64,000 nucleotides of DNA from Bryobacteraceae bacterium (GTDB lineage Bacteria > Acidobacteriota > Terriglobia > Bryobacterales > Bryobacteraceae), in NCBI GenBank assembly GCA_035295805.1, contig DATGII010000157.1, positions 158-64,157 on the forward strand, written 5' to 3'. The position numbers were made by a program, and so were the translations under genes. Shown one piece after another: positions 43,799 to 52,477 of this stretch; position 1 is the first letter of the stretch, and each line of letters opens with the position of its first letter. The notes beneath the pieces are model-generated. The model saw only the letters and a list, made by a program, of their open reading frames with translations, was not told the DNA's origin and did not search any database.

Positions 43799-46700
43799 AT
43801 GAAAACTTTTGCTTTGCGCTGCGCGACGGCAGCCATTGCCTTATCTTTGGCGAGCATCGCTTTCGGCCAGATCACCGCCTCGGTCGGCGGCACCGTATCT
43901 GACCCCTCCGGCGCTCTGGTACCGAAAGTCAATGTCAGCGCCCGTAATATCAATACCGGCATCGTGTCCAACACGGTAACCAATGAAACGGGAGCCTATC
44001 AGTTTCCGAGCCTGCAGCCCGGCTCTTACACGATCTCGGCCACAGCCGCCGGTTTCCAGACGGCCACTTACAATGACGTGCAGCTCGGGCAGAACCAGCA
44101 AGTGCGCCTGAACTTCAGCATGCAACTGGCCACCGGCGCGCAGTCTGTCGAAGTCGAGGTCCAGGCCGACACCGCCATCGCCACCACATCCTCCTCGGTC
44201 GGCGGTGTGATCGCTGAGAAAGACGTGCTCTCGCAGCCGCTCGCGAGCCGCAACGTGCTCGATCTGGTCGCCCTCACGCCCGGCGTAATTTCGGTGCCCG
44301 GCGTGTTCGTCGGCAGCACGCTGAATTTTGCCGGCGTGCAGCAAAATCAGGTGAACACCACGCGCGATGGTTTGATCACCAACGACGGCCGCTACGCCAA
44401 CGGCGCCTACTCCGGCATTTTCACGAGTCCCGACATGGTCGAAGAAGTTCGCGTCAGCACCAACCAGATCGATCCTTCGCTCGGCCGCGGTGCCGCGCAG
44501 GTGCAAATGCGGACCCGCTCCGGCAGCAACGAATTTCACGGCGCGGCTTTCTGGACCAATAACAACTCCGTCTTCAACGCGGCCACCTACTTTCAGAACC
44601 TCCAGCACCAGCCGGTGGATTATGCCAATCGTAACCAGTTCGGCGGCCGCGTCGGAGGTCCGATTAAAAAGAATAAGGCCTTCTTCTTCGTCTTAACGGA
44701 TGATCAGCGTTACATGACGAAGGTGAATGACGTCGCCACGGTTCTCACCGCGCCGGCCCGCCAGGGCATCTTTCGTTATCTGACCGCCGGTTCGCCGGGC
44801 GGCGCCGCGCGAACCAATGGCAACGCCTTTTCGAGCACCCCCTCGGTTGATCTGAACGGAAATATCCTCACCTCGGCCGGCGGCCAGCCGTTATACCTGA
44901 ATTCGGTCAACCTGCTTGCTGCCGGAGGTCCCAATTTCAGCTCGATCGATCCGCTCTGGTTCGGGCCTCAGTACACGAACAAGTACATGCCGCTGCCCAA
45001 CAACTACACCGTCGGCGACGGCCTGAACACGGCTGGTTTCCAATGGCAGCAGCCGGAGAACGGAGTGGACGGTTCCACGGGCCAAAGCCCCAGCACCAAT
45101 CGCAACAACATCACGCTCCGCTTCGACTATCAGATCAACGCCGCTCAGAGTGTCAATTTCGTGATGAGCAAGGAACGGGATTGGGGCGTCAATACCCAGA
45201 CCGGTATCCCCGATTACCCGGCCGGTTATTTCGGCGATGTGCGGCGGACCCCGTCCTTTTATAGCGCGGCCTGGACGTGGACTATCAGGCCGACCTTGTT
45301 GAATGAATTCCGTTTCGGCCATAAAGTCGATACCTGGCAAGGCACTTCCGCCATGGATCTGGGGTGCTGCTGGAATGGCGCGGCGGAGAACAGCGGACTG
45401 GCGGCGACCGCCCAGGCGGCCCGCGCCTCCTATCCGCAGTTGAATGGCTCGTTCCTCTACACAGCACCCGGTTCGCTCGGCGCCATCGGCGGGAGCCTGG
45501 GGCTGTACGCCGGTATGAATGTCGCATCCCCCCGTCAGACGATCAGCCCCTTCTGGCAGTTTGGCGACTCGCTCAGCTGGATCCACGGATCCCATTCGCT
45601 TCAGTTCGGATTCGAAATCGACCGGACGTCCTCGCAATCGGCTAATAGCGGCGGCACCCAGACTACGCGGCCCACCGTGAACCTCGGCATACCCGCCGGT
45701 GGAGTGGCGCCGCCGATCACCACGGCTACCTTCCCCGGCATCGGCGCGCTCAACCTCACCACGGCTCAGAATTTGCTGGCTAACCTCGCCGGCGAGGTGG
45801 CCAACGTGCAGGAACAATATTGGGTCAACAGCCCGACCGCGACCAACTGGAATTCCTACCTGAACGATTTTCTGTTCTACCGAACCAATCATCAGAATGC
45901 CTGGTCCGGGTACGTCAAGGATACGTGGAAGGTCAACCCCAATCTGACCGTCAATGCCGGCCTGCGCTACGACTTTTTCGGCGCGCCTTATCAGGATCAG
46001 GGCTTGGCCGGTCGGCCTCTCGGCGGCCAGGCCGGATTGTTCGGAATCTCCGGAACCAGCTTCGCGGCAATGTGGAACCCGTACGCCAATGGCGGCGCGT
46101 TGACCACGGCTCAGTTTGTCGGCCCGAATTCGCCCAACCCCGGCCTTGGTGTATACAACAATTACTGGAAGGCCCTCGGTCCTTCGATTGGAGTCGCCTA
46201 CCAGTTGCCGTGGTTCAAGCGCGCCACGGTCATCCGTGCGGGTTACGGCATCAATTACATCGGCAACGTGGACTTCCTCACGGTGAATACGGGCATCGGT
46301 AACTTCCCGGGCCAGACGCTGAATACTCAATTCAATCCGTCGACCTTCGTGAACCTGTCGAGCCTCCTCTCTTCGGGCAATGTGCCGGTGCCGACGGGCA
46401 CCACGCAGCCCTTCACCCCAGTGCCGCTTACAGGCCCGACCAGCCGCACGGCCACCATCTACGGTTACGCGGACAATCTGCGGACGCCGTACATTCAAAG
46501 CTACAACTTCTCGATCCAACGGGAATTGACTTCAACTCTGACGGTCGACTTCAATTTCATCGGCAACAAAGGTTCCGAACTCTACACGAATCAGCAGCTG
46601 AACGAGACCAACATCTTTGAAAACGGGATCCTGAATGCCTTCAACACCACCCGGGCCGGAGGCAATGCCCCGCTGTTTGATACGTTGCTGAACGGAATCA

Positions 46701-47836
46701 CGATTCCCGGCGTCGGCACCGTGAACGGCACGTCGTTAACCGGCTCGCAGGCGCTCCGGCAATACTCGGTCACCAATACGATGATCGCGAATGGCTCCGT
46801 TGGCGCCCTGGCCAACTTCTTTAATACGACGTCAACCGGAACGGGAGCCAACGGCGGACTGCTTTCCCACGCCGGGCTGCCGCAGAACTTCATTGTCGTG
46901 AACCCCCAATTCGCCCAGGTGTTCATGATCGATAACAACGGAAATTCCACCTACAACGCATTCCAGGCCCACATCATGAAACGCCTGACTCACGGTGTGA
47001 CCGGCCAGTTCTCGTATACGTTTTCCAAAACGCTCGGCGACACGCCGGCCGGCGGCGGCACCTCCGGCGGCATCCGCGACTGGCGGAATATGAGTCTGAG
47101 CAAGAGTCTGTTGCCGATTGATCGTCCCCAGCTGTTCCAGTGGAACATCACGTGGGATCTGCCCATCGGCAGCAAACGGGCGCTGTTGGGTAATGCTCCC
47201 AAGTGGATGAACACGGTTGTGGGCGGCTGGCAGGTCGCTTCCGCATTCCAATGGCAATCCGGCGTACCGCTCACGTTCTTCCCGGGAAGCGGGACTTCCC
47301 TCAACAACGTCGATACGATCGGCTACTTCGCCAGCAACACGGCGGATCTGGTCGGTCAACTGCCCTCCAACCTTTCGACCGTTGTGAAAGGAAATGGCTT
47401 CGTCCAATACTTCCCCGGCCTGTCGGCAGTGAATGCGCCGGCCCCAAACTTCGGCGGCGATCCCAATCTGCCGGGACGGTTCACCAATTTGCAGGTAGTC
47501 AACGCATCGGGTCAGCCGGTGCTGGCTAACCCGAATCCTGGAACAACCGGGAATACCCCGTACTACATGCCGGGAGTGCGCAGCCCCGGATTGATGGGCT
47601 TTAATGCGTCCGCCAGTAAGCTCTTCCGGCTCACCGAGTCGAAGACCATCACGTTGCGGGCCGACGCCATCAACATTTTGAATACTCCTCAATTCGGCTA
47701 TTACCTGAGCGCTCCGCCGATTGGCCAGCCGCCTCTCGTCGCGATTCAGACTAATATCGATTCGCCGTCATTCGGCCGCATCACGTCGGCAACCGGCAAC
47801 CGCATGATCACGTTCTACGCTCGTTTCGATTTCTAG
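43799..47836 (+). CDS. TonB-dependent receptor with carboxypeptidase-regulatory-like N-terminal domain
   Basis: The start is set at MKTFALRCATAAIALSLASIAFGQ (GAGGAGG upstream); the track ORF starts at 43700. N-terminal domain ITASVGGTVSDPSGALVPKVNVSARNINTG...TGAYQFPSLQPGSYTISATAAGF. The long beta-barrel ends ...YARFDF (terminal Phe). Confidence 0.88.
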   Translation: MKTFALRCATAAIALSLASIAFGQITASVGGTVSDPSGALVPKVNVSARNINTGIVSNTVTNETGAYQFPSLQPGSYTISATAAGFQTATYNDVQLGQNQQVRLNFSMQLATGAQSVEVEVQADTAIATTSSSVGGVIAEKDVLSQPLASRNVLDLVALTPGVISVPGVFVGSTLNFAGVQQNQVNTTRDGLITNDGRYANGAYSGIFTSPDMVEEVRVSTNQIDPSLGRGAAQVQMRTRSGSNEFHGAAFWTNNNSVFNAATYFQNLQHQPVDYANRNQFGGRVGGPIKKNKAFFFVLTDDQRYMTKVNDVATVLTAPARQGIFRYLTAGSPGGAARTNGNAFSSTPSVDLNGNILTSAGGQPLYLNSVNLLAAGGPNFSSIDPLWFGPQYTNKYMPLPNNYTVGDGLNTAGFQWQQPENGVDGSTGQSPSTNRNNITLRFDYQINAAQSVNFVMSKERDWGVNTQTGIPDYPAGYFGDVRRTPSFYSAAWTWTIRPTLLNEFRFGHKVDTWQGTSAMDLGCCWNGAAENSGLAATAQAARASYPQLNGSFLYTAPGSLGAIGGSLGLYAGMNVASPRQTISPFWQFGDSLSWIHGSHSLQFGFEIDRTSSQSANSGGTQTTRPTVNLGIPAGGVAPPITTATFPGIGALNLTTAQNLLANLAGEVANVQEQYWVNSPTATNWNSYLNDFLFYRTNHQNAWSGYVKDTWKVNPNLTVNAGLRYDFFGAPYQDQGLAGRPLGGQAGLFGISGTSFAAMWNPYANGGALTTAQFVGPNSPNPGLGVYNNYWKALGPSIGVAYQLPWFKRATVIRAGYGINYIGNVDFLTVNTGIGNFPGQTLNTQFNPSTFVNLSSLLSSGNVPVPTGTTQPFTPVPLTGPTSRTATIYGYADNLRTPYIQSYNFSIQRELTSTLTVDFNFIGNKGSELYTNQQLNETNIFENGILNAFNTTRAGGNAPLFDTLLNGITIPGVGTVNGTSLTGSQALRQYSVTNTMIANGSVGALANFFNTTSTGTGANGGLLSHAGLPQNFIVVNPQFAQVFMIDNNGNSTYNAFQAHIMKRLTHGVTGQFSYTFSKTLGDTPAGGGTSGGIRDWRNMSLSKSLLPIDRPQLFQWNITWDLPIGSKRALLGNAPKWMNTVVGGWQVASAFQWQSGVPLTFFPGSGTSLNNVDTIGYFASNTADLVGQLPSNLSTVVKGNGFVQYFPGLSAVNAPAPNFGGDPNLPGRFTNLQVVNASGQPVLANPNPGTTGNTPYYMPGVRSPGLMGFNASASKLFRLTESKTITLRADAINILNTPQFGYYLSAPPIGQPPLVAIQTNIDSPSFGRITSATGNRMITFYARFDF

Positions 47837-47870
47837 AAAGGCGGCAACGCGATTTCCAGCCGGTTGCGCG

Positions 47871-48866
47871 TCACGCCGCCGGCTGGTGGTTGCCGAAGAC
47901 CTTTGCTTCTGAGGAATCAGCGGCGCGGGTGCCGGACGCAGCCGACGCCGCAAGCCGCTGGCGCATTCCGCGCTGCTCGCAGAACAAATCGGCGATCACG
48001 CTTCGCAGCCAGCGCACCGCCGGATCGTGCGTGTATCGCTCGTGCCAGTGCTGCATGATCACGTAAGAAGGCACCGCAAACGGCAAGCGCAGCACTTTAA
48101 TGGTTCCCGGCCCCGCCAGGTGTTGCGCCAATTGTCCCGGCAGGACTGCCAGGTAATCGGTGGATGCGAGAATCGAGGAGATGCCCAAAAAGCTCGGCAC
48201 CGACAACCCAACGTGGCGGCGGATGCCCTTGGCTTCGAGAATTCGCTCCACGATGCCATGTCCGGTGCCGGAGGTGGCGACCGCGAGGTGAGTCTCGCCT
48301 TGAAATTGTTCGAGGCTCAGGGCGGCTCCGACGCGCGGGTGATCCCGCCGCGCAGCGCAGACGAATTTTTCCTTGAACAGGCTTTGCTGGCAATAACCGG
48401 CGCCCATCGGCGGAATGAACCCGACCGCAAGATCCACTGCTCCCGATTCCAGCAGGCGGGGCGTGGTCTCCGAGATGCGCCGCAAGTCGATCCGCACCGC
48501 CGGGGCATCCTCTTTCAACCGCGCCATGAGTTTCGGAATCAGCGTGACTTGCGCGATGTCGGTGGAACACAGCCGGAAGACGCGGTCCGAGGTTCGCGGG
48601 TTGAACACGACGTGATGCCCCAGCGCGGTTTGTAATAACTCTTCGGCTTGCTTGAGGAGATCGATAAGCTCGGAGGCATGCGGCGTCGGCTCCATGCCGC
48701 TGGAGGTACGGACAAACAGTGGATCGTTGAAATGCTTGCGGAGCTTCGCCAGATTCATGCTGACTGCGGACTGGCTTAGCGACAAATTCTCCGCGGTTTG
48801 CGACACGCTGCGCGTGTGGTGCAGTTCGCTGACGACGGCCAGAAGCTTCAGGTCTATGTTTTTCAC
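47871..48866 (-). CDS. LysR-family transcriptional regulator
   Basis: The start is set at GTG 48866 (VKNIDLKLLAVVSELHHTRSVSQTAENLSLSQSAVSMNLAKLRKHF). The track ATG at 48926 lies inside a TGCATGCA site. Confidence 0.85.
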   Translation of the reverse strand: MKNIDLKLLAVVSELHHTRSVSQTAENLSLSQSAVSMNLAKLRKHFNDPLFVRTSSGMEPTPHASELIDLLKQAEELLQTALGHHVVFNPRTSDRVFRLCSTDIAQVTLIPKLMARLKEDAPAVRIDLRRISETTPRLLESGAVDLAVGFIPPMGAGYCQQSLFKEKFVCAARRDHPRVGAALSLEQFQGETHLAVATSGTGHGIVERILEAKGIRRHVGLSVPSFLGISSILASTDYLAVLPGQLAQHLAGPGTIKVLRLPFAVPSYVIMQHWHERYTHDPAVRWLRSVIADLFCEQRGMRQRLAASAASGTRAADSSEAKVFGNHQPAA

Positions 48867-48921
48867 GCGCGCCCGCAACCCCCCGCAGCAGGAAGCTGTT
48901 AGAGCAAGCATATCACAAAAT

Positions 48922-48929
48922 TGCATGCA
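48922..48929. promoter_or_regulatory. candidate operator core TGCATGCA upstream of the LysR gene
   Basis: Read directly (aatTGCATGCAtta). Confidence 0.45.
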
Positions 48930-48963
48930 TTATAGGCGGCTTCGGGGCACCCGTGACGAAGAA

Positions 48964-48991
48964 CCGGGAGAAATGCATGCATTTCTCCCGG
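48964..48991. promoter_or_regulatory. 28-bp perfect palindrome centred on TGCATGCA (operator and/or terminator hairpin of the upstream hydrolase gene)
   Basis: ccgggagaaatgcatgcatttctcccgg is its own reverse complement. It lies 31 nt downstream of the stop at 49022 and 98 nt upstream of the LysR start. Confidence 0.6.
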
Positions 48992-49021
48992 TAGGAGATG
49001 GGTCGGCGGGCGGAAACTCGG

Positions 49022-49885
49022 CTAGGCCAGCGCCTTGCCGTACAGCGCGAGCAGACGGCTCCAGGCCCTCTCTGCCTCGGGCTCGTTATAAACCCCGGAA
49101 TCCGGAGGGCACCAGCCGTGCGCGCCCTTGTACACTTCGATTTCGGCGGGCAGGTTCGCCTTGGCGAAGGTCTCCCTCAGAATGTCCTTCTCGTCCGGCT
49201 TCTGCGCGTCGTCGTTGGCGGCAATGCAAATTAAAAACTGCGCCTTGCTCTTGGCCGCCTGCAGGTGCGGGCTATTGGGCATGTCCGTCGCAAGCCCGTT
49301 GCCGCCGTGGAAAGAGGCGACGGCTCCGACGCGGTCCGGCACGGCGGCGGCGGTGCGAAACGCCATCGGGCCGCCCATGCAATACCCCTGCGTGCCGATC
49401 TTGCGATTCTTGGCAACCGAGGGTTGCTGATCGAGCCACGCGATGAACGCCTTCGCATCCGTCATGTGCGTCTTTTCATTGAGGCTTTGGGCTAGCGGCA
49501 TCAATTGCGGGATCGGGGTGGCGGCGCCTTTTTCGGCGGTCGGCGCTTTCTTAGTGCGATAAAACGGATTCACCACGAGCACCGAATAGCCCGATTCGGC
49601 GAGCCGCTTGCCCATCTGGCGCTGCGCCGGACGCAACCCGAAGATGTCGGGCCACAGCAGAACGCCGGGCGCCGTGCCGCTCGATGGATGCACGAAATAG
49701 CAGTCGGCGGTGCCATCCGGGGTTTTCACTTCCACGTCCGATTCGGTAACGGATACGGCATTGGCAACGGCCGGCAGCATCATAGCCACCCCGGCGCCCA
49801 GTATTTTCCCGAATTGCTTTCGCGTTACCAGACCGAGGCGTTCAAATTCTTTCAGATCCTCGTCAAAATGATCTTGATCGCACAT
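49022..49885 (-). CDS. dienelactone hydrolase family protein, probably exported
   Basis: 287-aa ORF. TRKQFGKILGAGVAMMLPAVANA resembles a signal or Tat-like leader. GVLLWPDIFGL, GTQGYCMGG (nucleophile elbow) and the C-terminal GAHGW are typical of DLH. Confidence 0.82.
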   Translation of the reverse strand: MCDQDHFDEDLKEFERLGLVTRKQFGKILGAGVAMMLPAVANAVSVTESDVEVKTPDGTADCYFVHPSSGTAPGVLLWPDIFGLRPAQRQMGKRLAESGYSVLVVNPFYRTKKAPTAEKGAATPIPQLMPLAQSLNEKTHMTDAKAFIAWLDQQPSVAKNRKIGTQGYCMGGPMAFRTAAAVPDRVGAVASFHGGNGLATDMPNSPHLQAAKSKAQFLICIAANDDAQKPDEKDILRETFAKANLPAEIEVYKGAHGWCPPDSGVYNEPEAERAWSRLLALYGKALA

Positions 49886-49985
49886 AATCGCTCCTTATCG
49901 TTGCCTGATTCCTCTAGAGTGGCGCGGCGGACCGCGCGTATACCGGGCTATTTTATATCACCCGGCATGCCGACAGGGCGGCCGA

Positions 49986-50939
49986 TCAGGGCTTGCAACG
50001 GGCGGCGGCGGCGGCCGGATCGCCGGGGCGGAAGCCGCGCTTATCGCGATACACCTGGTGGCAGTGCGCGCAGGCATCGGACAGCCGAGAGGTGAAATCG
50101 CTCATGGCTTCCTGATTCCGCGACTGGGCAATGCGGTAGGCTTCTCGTCCGGTTTCGACCAGTTCCTGCGTGTATTTGATCCAATCGGCGCGCTCGACGG
50201 GGACCGGCAGACCGTTCTGGCAGCGGCGCCCCGGAGTCAGCAGGAGAGGCGCCGAGTCGGCAATTGCAATCGCGGCGTAGTCCACGATCTGCCAGCCGCT
50301 ATAAAGACCGGCGCCCCAGGTGGTCCAGGAGAAATCCGCGTTGGCCCCGGCCGGGCCGGCCTTGGGAGGCGCACCGGGATCATTGGTCTGAACGTTGAAA
50401 ATGATGTTCGAGTTCGGAAACAGAATGGAACGCATCAACTGATTCAAATTGCCCAGGGGCGGAAAGGCGGGACCCGGCGAGGCGGCTGTGGTCGTGGACT
50501 GCGGCTTGGCCGCGGTGAGCACGAGGGACTTCAGAGCGGCCTCTTCGGCAGGGAGTTCGTTGGAGCCTGAAGGAAACTTGCCGGCCTGCAGGATGTACGC
50601 GACAAGGTCGGCCGTATCGGCGGGCTTCAATTTGCCCGGATCGTCGGCCGGCATGGTATTGCGGATCTTACCCGCCAATTCCGAGAGCGGTTGCGCTCCC
50701 CAGGCGCCGAGGAACGCGGAGCCGGCCAGCGGCGGCGCAGCCTTACCTTCGAGGGCATCGCCGTGGCACGGGGCGCACTTCTGTTGATAGAGGGCGCGGC
50801 CGCGCGCAGCCTGGGCATCAGTATAAATGCGATCGTCGGCTGTTCGGGCCGGCTGGGCCGATGACACGGGAGCGAGCAGTTGGAACAGCAGACCCGCGGC
50901 AATAACAGAGCGGAGCGCGAACGACAAATGGGCTCTCAT
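49986..50939 (-). CDS. exported c-type cytochrome with a second C-terminal haem motif
   Basis: 317-aa ORF with signal MRAHLSFALRSVIAAGLLFQLLAPVSSA. CAPCHGD sits near the N-terminus and CAHCHQVY near the C-terminus. Confidence 0.75.
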   Translation of the reverse strand: MRAHLSFALRSVIAAGLLFQLLAPVSSAQPARTADDRIYTDAQAARGRALYQQKCAPCHGDALEGKAAPPLAGSAFLGAWGAQPLSELAGKIRNTMPADDPGKLKPADTADLVAYILQAGKFPSGSNELPAEEAALKSLVLTAAKPQSTTTAASPGPAFPPLGNLNQLMRSILFPNSNIIFNVQTNDPGAPPKAGPAGANADFSWTTWGAGLYSGWQIVDYAAIAIADSAPLLLTPGRRCQNGLPVPVERADWIKYTQELVETGREAYRIAQSRNQEAMSDFTSRLSDACAHCHQVYRDKRGFRPGDPAAAAARCKP

Positions 50940-50987
50940 GGATCTCCGATTATATGCCAGCGTGTAACCGGTTTCTCGTTCAGAGCA

Positions 50988-51314
50988 CTAGCGCGACTTT
51001 TTAAGATCGCGGTACTGCCGCCACGTAAAATATGCGCAACCGGGTAAAGCCGAGGCGTAGAAAATCAACAGCAACAGGTTGACGTTTGATTCGACGGTTC
51101 CAGAGGGCCGGCCGCTCAGGCTGAAGACCGCCCAACCTCCATACGCCAGAAACAGGGAAACGACGGCAAGTAGAGACCAAAACCGGATCGCCAGTTTCCG
51201 TTCCGTCTGGCTGCCTGCCTTTTGGTCTGCCTCCGGGGCAGCCACAACTTCAAAAGATGTCATCTCTTCGGCTCTGATGCTCATACAGCCTCCATCACAA
51301 CCAGCGTGGGACAT
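50988..51314 (-). CDS. hypothetical two-helix membrane protein
   Basis: 108-aa ORF (…RFWSLLAVVSLFLAYGGWAVF…LLLLIFYASALPGCAYF…). Support is weak. Confidence 0.35.
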   Translation of the reverse strand: MSHAGCDGGCMSIRAEEMTSFEVVAAPEADQKAGSQTERKLAIRFWSLLAVVSLFLAYGGWAVFSLSGRPSGTVESNVNLLLLIFYASALPGCAYFTWRQYRDLKKSR

Positions 51315-51490
51315 CTTGCGAAATCAAACGAGTCCGGCACGTACCCTGGTGCTCTCATTACATAGCGAACAGCATATGTCGAAGGTTAAACGAGCTCTAA
51401 CGGAGCCGCCGGTACCCGGCTTCACAACCACTAACTATCGAATAATTGAATGACGTTGCCGATTGGCTTAGTTTTGAGAAAGAGGTAACT

Positions 51491-51949
51491 ATGCTAAGCC
51501 CTCGGCTCCTTTCGCAACGCGGCAGCGCCACGATCGAAATTTCATTGCTGGCCCCGTGGCTTCTCTTCCTGTTCGTCGGCATGTTCGATATGGGCATATA
51601 CACCTACACCATGATTGGGGTTGAAAACGCGGCGCGCGTCGCGGCCGAATACACATCGCAGAATCCGAATGTCGCCAGCGACAGCGCGGGCGCGTGCACG
51701 CGGGCTCTGGCCGAAATGGCAATGCTGCCGAACGTCGGGAGCCAGTCGAACTGCAATGCCGGAGGCGGAAATACGGTGGTTGTGAGCGCCACCGCTCTCG
51801 GTTCCTCGCCGCTGCCGGCCTCCGTGGACGGCCAGCCTGCCACGCAGGTTCAAGTCACCTACACGGGCAACCAGCTAATCCCGATTCCAGGGCTGCTGAT
51901 GGGAAGGCTCAACATTACGCGATCGCTGCAAATGAGGGTAAAACCGTGA
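51491..51949 (+). CDS. TadE-like pilus/pseudopilin protein
   Basis: The start is set at MLSPRLLSQRGSATIEISLLAPWLLFLFVGMFDMG (TadE N-terminal motif), with AGAGG upstream. Confidence 0.75.
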   Translation: MLSPRLLSQRGSATIEISLLAPWLLFLFVGMFDMGIYTYTMIGVENAARVAAEYTSQNPNVASDSAGACTRALAEMAMLPNVGSQSNCNAGGGNTVVVSATALGSSPLPASVDGQPATQVQVTYTGNQLIPIPGLLMGRLNITRSLQMRVKP

Positions 51950-52473
51950 CCGGAAATCGCAGTGCCCGATCGCGCGGCGCGACGATCCTGGAGTTCTCTC
52001 TGGCCGGGATCGGTCTGATCTTCGTGTTTCTGTCGTTCTTTGAAGTCTCGCGCGGCATGTGGATCTACCAGACGCTGTCGTATGCGGTCCGCGAGGGTGC
52101 GCGTTATGCTTCCGTGCACGGCAAGGACTGCGCACCGCCCTACGCACCGAGTCCCGGGTGCCAAGTCACGGTTTCCCAGATCGCGGCCGTGATCAAGGCT
52201 GCCGGCCCGGGGATCGACCCGAACACCACCACCGTGACGCTCACACCGGCCAGCGGCAGCGCCACCAGCGACACACTCGCCAACCTGATCGCCAACTACA
52301 CGACCACCGACTGGCCGCCCAGCTCAGCCTATTCGACGGGGCAGACGGTCCAGGTCTCGGCAGCGTATCCTTTCCGCACTTTCCTGGCCATGTTCTGGAT
52401 GGGCAGCCGGCCCGTCGCAGATTCGCAGGTCTTCACCTTGGGCGCATCGTCGACCGAAACAATTCAGTTCTAG
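51946..52473 (+). CDS. TadE-like pilus/pseudopilin protein (second copy)
   Basis: The GTG start overlaps the previous stop (GTGA). VTGNRSARSRGATILEFSLAGIGLIFVFLSFFEVSRGMW. Confidence 0.72.
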   Translation: MTGNRSARSRGATILEFSLAGIGLIFVFLSFFEVSRGMWIYQTLSYAVREGARYASVHGKDCAPPYAPSPGCQVTVSQIAAVIKAAGPGIDPNTTTVTLTPASGSATSDTLANLIANYTTTDWPPSSAYSTGQTVQVSAAYPFRTFLAMFWMGSRPVADSQVFTLGASSTETIQF

Positions 52474-52477
52474 GAGA

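Noticed and set aside
44891-46519. 542-aa - strand ORF
   Set aside because: It is antisense to the TonB-dependent receptor and has Arg/Gly-rich composition.
48924-48926. ATG used by the ORF track as the LysR start
   Set aside because: The ATG is created by the TGCATGCA palindrome itself. The GTG at 48866 gives the canonical VKNIDLKLL... LysR N-terminus.
50940-51490. Flp-type pilin gene upstream of the TadE genes
   Set aside because: Hand translation of the small ORFs found no ...GATAIEYGLI...-type prepilin sequence.
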